Of a stretch of DNA of 64,000 nucleotides, positions 24,494 to 33,824 are shown in pieces. The DNA lies in assembly GCA_977862235.1 (NCBI GenBank), contig OZ374559.1, positions 372,001 through 436,000 on the forward strand, given 5' to 3'. This stretch comes from Dudresnaya verticillata. Taxonomy: Eukaryota. A model generated the notes under the pieces. The model worked only from the letters and a program-made list of their open reading frames with translations, made no database searches and was not told where the DNA came from. Every line of letters begins with the position of its first letter. The first letter of the stretch is position 1. The position numbers and the translations under genes were made by a program.

Positions 24494-25269
24494 CTGTAGT
24501 ATAGCTGTCAGCACACTATCAGCAGCGGCTGTAAGGTATGCTGGCAGCGCCGCACTGTAATGGTGCACACGATGACGCCCGCTGGCGAGTCGTGGTTGGC
24601 CAGCGTGCCCTTAGTTTTTTCGTTGAATTAGTAGCGGTCGACCGCATTGCTGCCGGCAGCGGCCGCGCGCCGTGCCGCACACGGCGCGCCCCTGTGACGC
24701 TCTCCGGCATCGAGCCGTTGAGAGGGCCGCTGCCCGTTACGCCCCGCGCGCGCCCACGGGTAACCGTTACCCGGATGTATCGACACGTGTATGGGCGCGC
24801 GCTCGCACACCTCCCGCGTTGGTGTTGTGGGGCGCACCTACTGTAGAAGTAGTCGTAGTGCACATAGTGTAGGGTATTTAAGACCGTCGGCCATCGACGG
24901 CTCAGTAAACCGGGCAAGCAACAGCTCGCGCTGAAGCTTGCCGCCAGCCTTTTCGGGTTCGATCCGTTTGCCTTACGCCAGCGGGCGGTTTCCCTTTTTC
25001 CCCTTGCCTCGCTAGGCTTTCCCCTTTCCTTTTCCTTTCCGTCGGCTTCGTGCCGCCCTTCGACAGGGACGCTGGGATCCGGCCGCTGCCTACCCGCGTA
25101 CGGTACGCCCCGTGCGCGCTCGGGCATCGACGCCGTCGATCCGCACCTGCGGGGCGCACGCGGCCGACACCGCTCTACCAACCCCAACAGCTACCCATCG
25201 ACGGGTCTGTGTGGCGGCTTCGGACCAGCTAGTATCAGACGTCGGATCGACCCGACGTCTATACTACAC

Positions 25270-25286
25270 TGGTCTCCCGACCTAGA
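25270..25286 (+). promoter_or_regulatory. Primer-binding site TGGTCTCCCGACCTAGA
   Basis: Lies 1 nt after the 5' LTR and is identical to the family H PBS. Confidence 0.85.
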
Positions 25287-25335
25287 AGTCGTCGAGACCC
25301 AAGTACTTCTCGCATCGACGCGATCGAAGTAAAGG

Positions 25336-28300
25336 ATGTCGAGTCCTCCTGACCCGGCCACTGCCGCATCGGCCGCTGCCGGAAAAGTTGAGGACGCGAC
25401 GCGTCGCACCTCAATACTGAGTACCATCGGCGTCTCAGGTACTCCTCTACACGATGTGAGGCTCGAGCGGAGGGCCGCGCTGCAAAAGGCCCTCGCCGGG
25501 AGTCTGGTCTCGGTGGCCGACCTCCAGCTGCTGTATGAGGAGACCATGGACTCGCTAGCCGAGGTGTACGACCACCTTACAGCTTCGATAGCTGAGGCGA
25601 AGGCCGACGGCCAGCAAGACCTGGACACGCTTCGACGCGGTCCTTTGGCGTCCATCGAGGACGGAATAACCCGGTCACAGGGGCTCCTCGATGAGCTACG
25701 CCGCCGCGTTGAGTTGATAGAGCGCACGCCGACGCGGCAACGCCAGCGGGCTACGGGCCCGTCGTCGGCGCAGCGCTCTCCTCCGCGACCGCAGTCACCA
25801 GCGGGTGCAGTTCAAGAATTGGCCGCTGCCATACTTGCCGATCAACGAGCTCGGCATCGCTTTCCTTCACCACCGCCATCTCCACCGAGGAGTGCGGCGG
25901 GGTCGCACCATCCGAGTGGGGACCCCAATCCGTTCTACGGGGTCGACCCCAGGTTGCTCCAACAAGCCCTCGACGGGCAAAACACAAAGGGGGGACCGAC
26001 CCCCCAACAGCACGAGGGCCCCGTCTCTGCCTATTGGCATTGGGGCCCACTCATGGCAGGCATCGAGCCTTTAACCACGTTGGTGCCAGAGTTCGCTAAG
26101 GCGATCGACTACCGCTCGTACCGTCTCGATGACGTAGATCAGCGGGACAATCAACAGCAGGTATGCAGCGGCAATACTGCGAAGATTGTCAGCCGCATGA
26201 AGGCCCTGATGCCCCGGCTCGACCGGTTCGACGGCAAGGAGCCTATTCGCCTGCTTGGTGTGCTTCGACAGGTACGCCAAGCATTCAATGGCGTTGGACT
26301 ATCCGAAGGCGCAGCGGCGCGTGTGGTGTCCTGGTTCCTCGATGGAACCGCGTCGCAGGTGTACTCGAGTCACCTGTTCTCTGGGGTGCGCACAACGCAG
26401 CGCGGCACCCCACCCTGCTGGGCCTCGGTGGTCAATACCCTCGTCGAGAGGTTCGTCACGGACGACGTCATCGCAGACGCCCATGACCGGCTGACCACCG
26501 CCAAGCAGAGGGACGCCGAGTCCGAGCTTGAGTTCGCTACTCGCCTCGAAGGGTATGCGGACGCCTGCGCTGGCGTGTACTCCGATGAGAACTTGACGCA
26601 TCAGTTCCTTCGGGGCCTGCTGCCCACGACAAGACCCGCAGTGGCGGAGAAGGTCAGGCAGCTGCCTATGGTCGAACAGACCAATTTTAGTACCGTTCGT
26701 CGGATTGCCCATAGCGAGGGCACAACCTACCGCGCCCGTTCGGCAAAGGCAGCGCAGCCTACGAACACCTCGGGGCGCGGCAGGTCAGGTGGCAGCTCGG
26801 CAAGCGGCCGTACACTGCTCATCGAGGGCCCACCAAGCTATCCCAGCGGGGACGTTGCTATCGACAGCACAATGCTGGTGGACCCCGACACCGACGGGTT
26901 CGAACCCGTGATGGTCGCGCCCGCGCTATCGACAGCCGGGTCGACCGAGGCCGTCGAGACCCTCGACATTACAGGACGCATCGACGCGGTCCTACCCAAG
27001 CGCATACCACCGCTCACTCCAACGCAGGAGGCGATGGCACGCGCAGTCATCCCTGATCGACAGGGATGGTACATCTGCTGGTTCTGCCGTGAGGTCGGGC
27101 ACATCATGTATTCGTGCCCGTACCTCACGAAGGAACAGCAGACGTACTGCGCGTATGCGAACTGCAACCATCGAATGGAAACGCAGCCGCATTCGCGCAA
27201 TATGCTCCAACAGCTCATCGACGAGCGCGCGCCAGCGGGCGCAAGGACAAGGAACCCCGCGCGACGCTACGATGCGCCGTGGGGTGGGGACCGACGCTTC
27301 GACGCGAGAGGTCCCCCGCAGCGCATGGGCGCACCAAGGTACTGCGGAGAGCCGCAGGGGTACCGCGGGGATCGTCGAGACCCACGCCGCGAGTACCGCC
27401 AAGGCGACGCACCGCGGTTCCTTCTGCGCGATAAGCGGGTCGGCTTCGACGAGCCCGCTGGCCGTCAACCTCAGGCATCGACGCCTCCGAGGGCCGACCC
27501 GCGCCGCGAACTGCTTCGAGCAGTTATGACGGTGCAGGAGCACACAGGCCTCACCGCCGACGAGTGGCTTCCGCAAGCGCTCGACGCGCGGCACAAGGGA
27601 GAGACAGCCAGCGGGCAGGGAAACGATTCCCCTCTCCTTTTTGACACGCCTCCGCGATCGACGCGAGGCGCCTCAGGAGTTACGAAACACCCAATCGGAA
27701 TCGAGCACGAAAGTTCGGATTCCGAGGATAATTCTGACCGGGTCGATCCGGAAAAGAATAAAGGCGGCGCCGCTCGTACGGTCGCGCGCACCGTCTTGTC
27801 CAACACCAGACCCACCATCCCTTCCACCTTCGACGGCGTTGGGGGCAGCGAGCCCCCACGTCGGGCGCAGCGGCGCTTCGAAGGACACGAGCGACGTCCC
27901 GGTCGACGGGACGTCGTGGGCGACGCGTACCAAACCACCCTGGCCGCCGCGGCGTCGACGCAAGCGACAGGCCAAGCGGAAAGGGCGCAGCTCCCCAACG
28001 GCGGGACAGGCGGTACCCGACGCTCGACGCGAGGGTACCGGGGCTCCATGCATCGACGCAGAGCCGGCCACGACCCCCGATGGGTACGTGTGCCTCCTGT
28101 CCTCCGATATTTTCCGAGTGTCCGGGTCCCTCGGTGCGGACCCGCGGGTTATGATACCCCACACCATCGCGGTGGACATCGGCTCCGGGTACAACCTCAT
28201 CGCTCGAGGTGCCCTGCCCGCAGGCTGGGAGGAAAACGCGTCAGAGATCGACTCCGCGCCACGCCTGGCAGGCGCCGAAAAGACTCCGCTGAGGCTGTCC

Positions 28301-28497
28301 GGCGTCGTCCACCTCTCGATGAGGTTAGGGAACACGACGTTCCGCGTGCCTTTCATCGTCGCCGACACGCTCGCGGTCGACGTACTGATAGGCACGCAGT
28401 TTATCAACGCGCACGTGCGCGGAATCGACGTCGAGTCGAGAAGGCTGACGCTGAGGAAAGGAGGCTCGGTGCCCATCCTCAGCCGCAGGACCCCTAG
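25336..28497 (+). CDS. gag: Gag (capsid plus CCHC knuckle); the true end is probably near 27761
   Basis: Capsid-like RFDGKEP...W...F...Q...ESELEFATRL...FLRGL, and the zinc knuckle CWFCREVGHIMYSC. Confidence 0.88.
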   Translation: MSSPPDPATAASAAAGKVEDATRRTSILSTIGVSGTPLHDVRLERRAALQKALAGSLVSVADLQLLYEETMDSLAEVYDHLTASIAEAKADGQQDLDTLRRGPLASIEDGITRSQGLLDELRRRVELIERTPTRQRQRATGPSSAQRSPPRPQSPAGAVQELAAAILADQRARHRFPSPPPSPPRSAAGSHHPSGDPNPFYGVDPRLLQQALDGQNTKGGPTPQQHEGPVSAYWHWGPLMAGIEPLTTLVPEFAKAIDYRSYRLDDVDQRDNQQQVCSGNTAKIVSRMKALMPRLDRFDGKEPIRLLGVLRQVRQAFNGVGLSEGAAARVVSWFLDGTASQVYSSHLFSGVRTTQRGTPPCWASVVNTLVERFVTDDVIADAHDRLTTAKQRDAESELEFATRLEGYADACAGVYSDENLTHQFLRGLLPTTRPAVAEKVRQLPMVEQTNFSTVRRIAHSEGTTYRARSAKAAQPTNTSGRGRSGGSSASGRTLLIEGPPSYPSGDVAIDSTMLVDPDTDGFEPVMVAPALSTAGSTEAVETLDITGRIDAVLPKRIPPLTPTQEAMARAVIPDRQGWYICWFCREVGHIMYSCPYLTKEQQTYCAYANCNHRMETQPHSRNMLQQLIDERAPAGARTRNPARRYDAPWGGDRRFDARGPPQRMGAPRYCGEPQGYRGDRRDPRREYRQGDAPRFLLRDKRVGFDEPAGRQPQASTPPRADPRRELLRAVMTVQEHTGLTADEWLPQALDARHKGETASGQGNDSPLLFDTPPRSTRGASGVTKHPIGIEHESSDSEDNSDRVDPEKNKGGAARTVARTVLSNTRPTIPSTFDGVGGSEPPRRAQRRFEGHERRPGRRDVVGDAYQTTLAAAASTQATGQAERAQLPNGGTGGTRRSTRGYRGSMHRRRAGHDPRWVRVPPVLRYFPSVRVPRCGPAGYDTPHHRGGHRLRVQPHRSRCPARRLGGKRVRDRLRATPGRRRKDSAEAVRRRPPLDEVREHDVPRAFHRRRHARGRRTDRHAVYQRARARNRRRVEKADAEERRLGAHPQPQDP

Positions 28498-31400
28498 CGA
28501 GGGGACCGGCCCGGCAACGCAGCCGAAGAACCCATCGAAGGGTTTGTCGAAGAAGCACCAGCGGGAGCTCCTCGACTGGGATCACGATACCCACACCATA
28601 CGCCTCGCTAGGCAGGTGGTTGTCCCAGCCTACTCGCAGAGGCTCGTCTCGGTGACGTCGGGGGCTAGTGGGTTAATCCACACGGAGCCCAAGCCCTCGT
28701 TGCAGTTCCGCCACGGCGTGAGACTGACCAACGGGGTGCACGACATCGAGTCGGGGCGACCCTTCGGGGCTATCTTGGGCAACTGGACGGACAAAGCCCG
28801 GACCCTACCGAAGGGTACCGTGGTTGGCTATGCGGTCCGCAACCCAGTCGCCCTAATAACCCCGGACCGCGACGTCGCGGAAGAGTTCGGAAGGGTGATG
28901 AATATCACCACCCTTCCCCACAAAGGGCAGCGGCCCAGGGGTAAGGGGAGCAACGACCCCCCAGTCACGCCGTCGATGGCAAGGGGCCCCGAGCCCACAA
29001 AGCTCCAAGGAGCAGCGACCGCAGCGGCGGAGAAAAGAGAGTCCGTCGAGGACTGGGAGGCGCAGGTGGACCTTTCGTCTATCGAAGACAAGGTCACCCG
29101 CGAAGAAGTCCTCACCATGCTTCGGAAGCATCAGTCCATGTGGGACGGGAGGCTCGGCATGATTGCCGCTACGCATCACCACATCGACGTGGAACCCGGC
29201 ACGCGGCCGATTCGCTCAATGCCCTATCGACAGGGCCCCGCTATGCGGAAGCTCGTACAGAACGAGGTCGAGACCATGCTGCGTGCAGGGGTAATCGAAC
29301 CCGCCACGTCGGAGTGGGCATCGCCAGTCGTTCTGGCGCCCAAGAAGGATGGCACGCTCAGGTTTTGTGTGGACTATCGACGTCTTAACACCAAAACCCT
29401 GAGCGATGCGTACCCACTCCCACGCATGGATGACTGCATCGACAGTCTTGGCGACGCTGCCATTTTCTCCACGCTGGATTGTAACGCGGGGTACTGGCAA
29501 ATCCCTGTCGCAGCGGCTGACAGGGATAAGACCACGTTCACGACGTTCCTAGGGACGTTCCGCTACCTGCGGATGCCCTTCGGACTGAAGAACGCCCCCG
29601 CGACTTTCCAGCGTGCACTGTACATCATACTCAGCGGAGTTAGATGGCAGTGTTGTTTGATCTATCTCGATGATGTGATCATATTCTCGCGGTCGATCGC
29701 GGAGCACGTCGGTCACCTAGACCGCGTGCTGACTCTGCTTCGCAAGGGCGGCGTGTCCCTGAAGCTGAAGAAGTGCCACTTCTTCCAGTCCCGCGTGGAC
29801 TACCTCGGTCACGTGATCGAGCCGGGGAAACTACGCATGGCGAAGACAAGCATCGATGCGTTCCGCCATGCGCAGTTCCCGACCTCCCTAACGAAGGTGA
29901 GGTCGTTCCTCGGGGCGTGTAACGTTTACCGCCGCTTCGTCAGGAACTTCGCGAAGATCGCTCGTCCGCTGACGGATATGACCCGCAAGGATGCGGATGT
30001 GGATTTCGATAATCCAAGCGCAGCGGCGCTAGAGGCATTCGAGACGCTGCGAGCGACACTCTTATCGCCTCCTATCCTACGGCTCCCTCGCGAGGGCAAG
30101 CCGTACGTCCTCGACACGGACGCATCGGCGTACCAGCTCGGATGCGCCCTGCTCCAGGAGCAAGAGGACGGCCAGTTACACCCCGTTGGGTACTGGTCTT
30201 ACTCACTAAGCTCAGCGGAGCGAAACTACTCGGCCACGGAGCGCGAGTGCTTTGCAGTGGTGTGGTCGATCACAACTCTGCGCCCCTATATCGAAGGGAC
30301 CCGGTTCACGGTACGAACCGACCATGACGCCTTGCGCTGGCTCATGTCTTTGACCGATTCGTCCGGTCGCCTCACCCGCTGGCGGTTGCGACTCGCGGAA
30401 TTCGACTTCCAGATCGAGTACCGCCCGGGTAGGGTCCACCAGGTGCCGGACACGCTGTCCCGCCTGGTGAGGCCTCTACGGCAGCAAGAGGAGGTTGACG
30501 ACGACGTCCCTACCTATGACCCCCCGGCGGTCGACCGCCAGAAGGAGGGCGCCTCGAGTACCGAACCCAAGGCACCGTCGGTCTTGCTGACCACGCGGTT
30601 CCAAGCCAACGCGTCGACGCGGAAGGCGCCGGATCGACCGGCTGCCGTGGGCGGCACCGGCAGCGAAGCCAAGGAGCCCTCGGACAGCGACGAGCCACCG
30701 GGGCTTGCCGACGACGAAGCCTGGGACGACTGCGACGACGTCGACCTTTTCGACCTTGGCCGCATCGACGCGAGCCAAGAGCCGACGGACCTCACCCGGG
30801 TCGAACCGGTGAAGCTCCCTTCACCAATAACCGTCGAGGAATTGGTGGATGCGCAGCGGCGCGATTCTTTTTGCCAAACAGTGTTGGCACGGCAGTCCCG
30901 TCGACGGGATAGCCACTTCTTCGAGGACGAGGACGGGCTCTTGTGCCGGCGGCACCCCGTCATCTCCTCGTTGGAGCAAATAGTGGTGCCCGAAGTGCTA
31001 CAGCCGCGGCTTCTCACGCTCGCGCACCACTCCCTCCTGGCTGGCCACCCTGGCCAGAACAGGATGTTCTACACGCTCCGCGAGAGCTACTACTGGCCAC
31101 ACATGTCAGCGGACATAGCCATGACAGTTCGGAACTGTCGGCACTGTGCCAGGAACCGCATACGCTTGCGGAGGTCCCTTCATCGGTTGAAGTTGTTCCC
31201 GGCCACGAGGCCGCTCGAGTCGCTCGCGATCGATATCCTAGGGCCGCTGCCCAAGACGAAGTCAGGAAAGCGATTCCTGCTCGTCATGACGGATCGATTC
31301 ACGAACCTGACTCAAGTAGCGCCGCTGCGCACCATCACAGCGTACCACGTCGCAGTGGCGTTCTATGAGAGGTGGATCTTCCACTATGGACCACCGAGGT

Positions 31401-32317
31401 CTCTGTTGTCCGACAACGGGAAGCAATTCACTTCTAAGTTCTTTCCGGCAGTGTGCCGCTACCTCGGACTGAACAACGTGTTCACGTCCGCCTACCACCC
31501 GCAGGCGAACGGTCAGGTTGAGCGCTACAACCGGACCGTCATGGCCATGTTGAGGAATTACATCAACCATCACCAGGACGACTGGGATCGATACGCAGCG
31601 GCGTTGACGTATTCCTACAACTGCCATGTCCATCGCACGACGCGGACGACACCCTTCAGCCTCGTGCTGTCCCGGCCGCCGCCGGAGTTCACTAAGTTTC
31701 ATAAGGCAGCGGCCCGACCGAAAACTAGTGAGGACGTGCGGGCGGACTTCCTCAAGCGGCTCGACGCCGCCTTCGCAAGCGCATCGAGCGCTCTCGACAA
31801 AACGCAGCGGCGTTACAAGAAAGACTTCGACAAGCGTGTCAGAAACGTCAACTCCCGCATTCGAGCGGGAGACTACGTCTTCATCGACGCGAGCGACGGG
31901 ATTAAGAAACCCAAGAAGCTCCAGAGCCCAGCGATAGGGCCCTACCGCGTGCTGCTTAACGACAAGCGCACGCTGTTTATCGACAGAGGCGGCTTGGTCG
32001 AACGCATCGCAGCGGACCGCGCCGTCTACTGTCCCCCGCCGCTGCGGGAGGATACTGCGCAGCGCAGCGCCTACTTACCCACCACTGAGGAACTCGCGTC
32101 CAAAGCCGTCGACGGCCCGCGGTTCGTGGTGGATAAGGTCCTTGACCACGGTACAGCCGACGATGGCACGCTCGTGTTCAAGGTGAAGTGGACCGGCTAT
32201 CGCAAGCCGACGTGGGAGCCACGTTCCCATCTCCCCGAGGAGATGGTGAGCCACTATTTCGCATCGCAGCGGCGGCGAAACACCAACCGGCTCGAAGCCG
32301 TTCGCTCCTCCTCATAA
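27641..32317 (+). CDS. pol: Pol polyprotein PR-RT-RNaseH-INT-chromodomain (start not a true initiation; expressed by frameshift)
   Basis: Protease-like VDIGSG, RT YLDD, RH LDTDAS, integrase HHCC plus DDE (IDILGP, SDNG, VERYNR), GPY motif, and chromodomain FVVDKVLDH...FKVKWTGY..PTWEP. The frame is uninterrupted. Confidence 0.96.
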   Translation: MTRLRDRREAPQELRNTQSESSTKVRIPRIILTGSIRKRIKAAPLVRSRAPSCPTPDPPSLPPSTALGAASPHVGRSGASKDTSDVPVDGTSWATRTKPPWPPRRRRKRQAKRKGRSSPTAGQAVPDARREGTGAPCIDAEPATTPDGYVCLLSSDIFRVSGSLGADPRVMIPHTIAVDIGSGYNLIARGALPAGWEENASEIDSAPRLAGAEKTPLRLSGVVHLSMRLGNTTFRVPFIVADTLAVDVLIGTQFINAHVRGIDVESRRLTLRKGGSVPILSRRTPSEGTGPATQPKNPSKGLSKKHQRELLDWDHDTHTIRLARQVVVPAYSQRLVSVTSGASGLIHTEPKPSLQFRHGVRLTNGVHDIESGRPFGAILGNWTDKARTLPKGTVVGYAVRNPVALITPDRDVAEEFGRVMNITTLPHKGQRPRGKGSNDPPVTPSMARGPEPTKLQGAATAAAEKRESVEDWEAQVDLSSIEDKVTREEVLTMLRKHQSMWDGRLGMIAATHHHIDVEPGTRPIRSMPYRQGPAMRKLVQNEVETMLRAGVIEPATSEWASPVVLAPKKDGTLRFCVDYRRLNTKTLSDAYPLPRMDDCIDSLGDAAIFSTLDCNAGYWQIPVAAADRDKTTFTTFLGTFRYLRMPFGLKNAPATFQRALYIILSGVRWQCCLIYLDDVIIFSRSIAEHVGHLDRVLTLLRKGGVSLKLKKCHFFQSRVDYLGHVIEPGKLRMAKTSIDAFRHAQFPTSLTKVRSFLGACNVYRRFVRNFAKIARPLTDMTRKDADVDFDNPSAAALEAFETLRATLLSPPILRLPREGKPYVLDTDASAYQLGCALLQEQEDGQLHPVGYWSYSLSSAERNYSATERECFAVVWSITTLRPYIEGTRFTVRTDHDALRWLMSLTDSSGRLTRWRLRLAEFDFQIEYRPGRVHQVPDTLSRLVRPLRQQEEVDDDVPTYDPPAVDRQKEGASSTEPKAPSVLLTTRFQANASTRKAPDRPAAVGGTGSEAKEPSDSDEPPGLADDEAWDDCDDVDLFDLGRIDASQEPTDLTRVEPVKLPSPITVEELVDAQRRDSFCQTVLARQSRRRDSHFFEDEDGLLCRRHPVISSLEQIVVPEVLQPRLLTLAHHSLLAGHPGQNRMFYTLRESYYWPHMSADIAMTVRNCRHCARNRIRLRRSLHRLKLFPATRPLESLAIDILGPLPKTKSGKRFLLVMTDRFTNLTQVAPLRTITAYHVAVAFYERWIFHYGPPRSLLSDNGKQFTSKFFPAVCRYLGLNNVFTSAYHPQANGQVERYNRTVMAMLRNYINHHQDDWDRYAAALTYSYNCHVHRTTRTTPFSLVLSRPPPEFTKFHKAAARPKTSEDVRADFLKRLDAAFASASSALDKTQRRYKKDFDKRVRNVNSRIRAGDYVFIDASDGIKKPKKLQSPAIGPYRVLLNDKRTLFIDRGGLVERIAADRAVYCPPPLREDTAQRSAYLPTTEELASKAVDGPRFVVDKVLDHGTADDGTLVFKVKWTGYRKPTWEPRSHLPEEMVSHYFASQRRRNTNRLEAVRSSS

Positions 32318-33745
32318 CCCCTCGGCGGGGGCGCCTCGCGCTTGAGGAGGGGGCCGCAGGCATTCGTTGCCTTTTTGCAAAGGCAATCGATGCCTCACCC
32401 TACCCTGCACTGGGCACCGAGCCCAGACAGGTCACCCTTGCGCCAGCAGCAGCGGCAGCAGCGCAAGAGGGGGGCAGCAGAACGCTGATTCCGGCCCATC
32501 GATGCGCACAGGGCAGCTGCCAACGAACCAAGCCTGGGGCAGCGGCCCCGGGCTTGGTTGCACGCACTCGCAAGCGGCGAGGAGACGCAGCCGGTACCTC
32601 GCCTTCGCGCGTGACAGGCGTCGACGCCTCACGCACGCAAGGTAAGGGGCGCTGACCAGCGGCTACCGAAGCCGCTCACCAGCGCCGCGCACGCGGCGCT
32701 ACCGTCGCTCACTCCAGTGCAACCCTACGCGCCAGCCGCAGCGGCTGCTGAGCGAGGAAGGGCTCACACCAGCGTGAGTGCGGAGCGGGCGCGTCGACGC
32801 GCCTAAGGGCGTCGCTGTCGAAGCGAAGTGGTGTGGGACAAAGGGCAGTGGCCCGATCGCCATTTCACTCGGATGCACCGGAGTGCCGTTGCACTCGATG
32901 TGCAACGGCACCCCAAAAGCGAGCGTCACTTTTGGCGTGCGCCTCGACGCGGGGCGCACGCCGCGCATCGAGCGCGAAAAGTGTTCCGGCTACAGTACGT
33001 ACTGTAGCCGCGGGTCGGGAAACACCCAACCAGGCCAGCGGACCGGAAGGCAACAGCCAATGCAAGGGGTTGCGAAAATTCCCCAGCCAACGATTGGCTA
33101 TAATTTGGGCGTAAACCAATGGTCAGAGACACCCCTCGCATGGTGACCACCGGCAGAGGGGGAGCCACGGCAGCGGCCGATGACGACTCAATGGCAGCGG
33201 CCACGCTTGTGCCAGGGGCGGTCGACGCCCCTGCTCCGGGGTCGCCTTGCGCCGATGCGCTGAGGCCCCGGCGGGGCACGAATGGAGCCGCAGCGGGCGG
33301 CATCCTGCTCCCCCTTGACGCGGAGGCCGTCGACGACCCCGTCAGTTCAAGGGCACGAGCCACGGGTGGCGCATCGACGCGCAGAGCAGCAAAGGGCACA
33401 GCGACCGGAGCCGCCTCCTCTGGGCATGGGGCGGCAGCGGCCGCCCCACTCCGGTCCAAGCCACCCAAACCTCGCAGCGGCGTGTCTTGGGTGGTCACCT
33501 CGACCTCCTCGTAGCTCGGCAGAGGTCGGGTAGCCTTACCCCGGGCCAGCGCAGCGGCTGCTGGCTCCGGAGGCACTCGGGCGGGAGACGTGCCAACCGC
33601 AGCGGCGGGACGCATCTCCGATGTCTTAGCGGGCGCAGCGGCGCCCGCTCCAATTTGGTCAGCAGCTGCTGGACCAATATGCGCAGCGGCGCCGGCCCCA
33701 GCCGCCGGAGCAGCAGCGAGGCCACTGGGTACCGAAGCCGCCACC

Positions 33746-33824
33746 GCAGCGGGCGGTGGGCGTGGCAGCGCAGCGGGCGGTGGGCGTGGCAGCGCAGCGG
33801 GCGGTGGGCGTGGCAGCGCAGCGG
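33746..33824. repeat. 24-bp tandem repeat, about 3.3 copies (GCAGCGGGCGGTGGGCGTGGCAGC)
   Basis: Three exact units read directly from the sequence. Confidence 0.9.

Noticed and set aside
24519..25187. Duplicated 222-aa ORF (also 34323..34991) and other ORFs inside LTRs
   Set aside because: They lie within GC-rich LTRs, recur only because the LTRs are repeated, and carry no domain signal.
27762..28497. C-terminal ~245 aa of the 1053-aa ORF as a real Gag domain
   Set aside because: It is an Arg-rich shadow frame overlapping the protease-coding frame, probably read-through from a lost stop.
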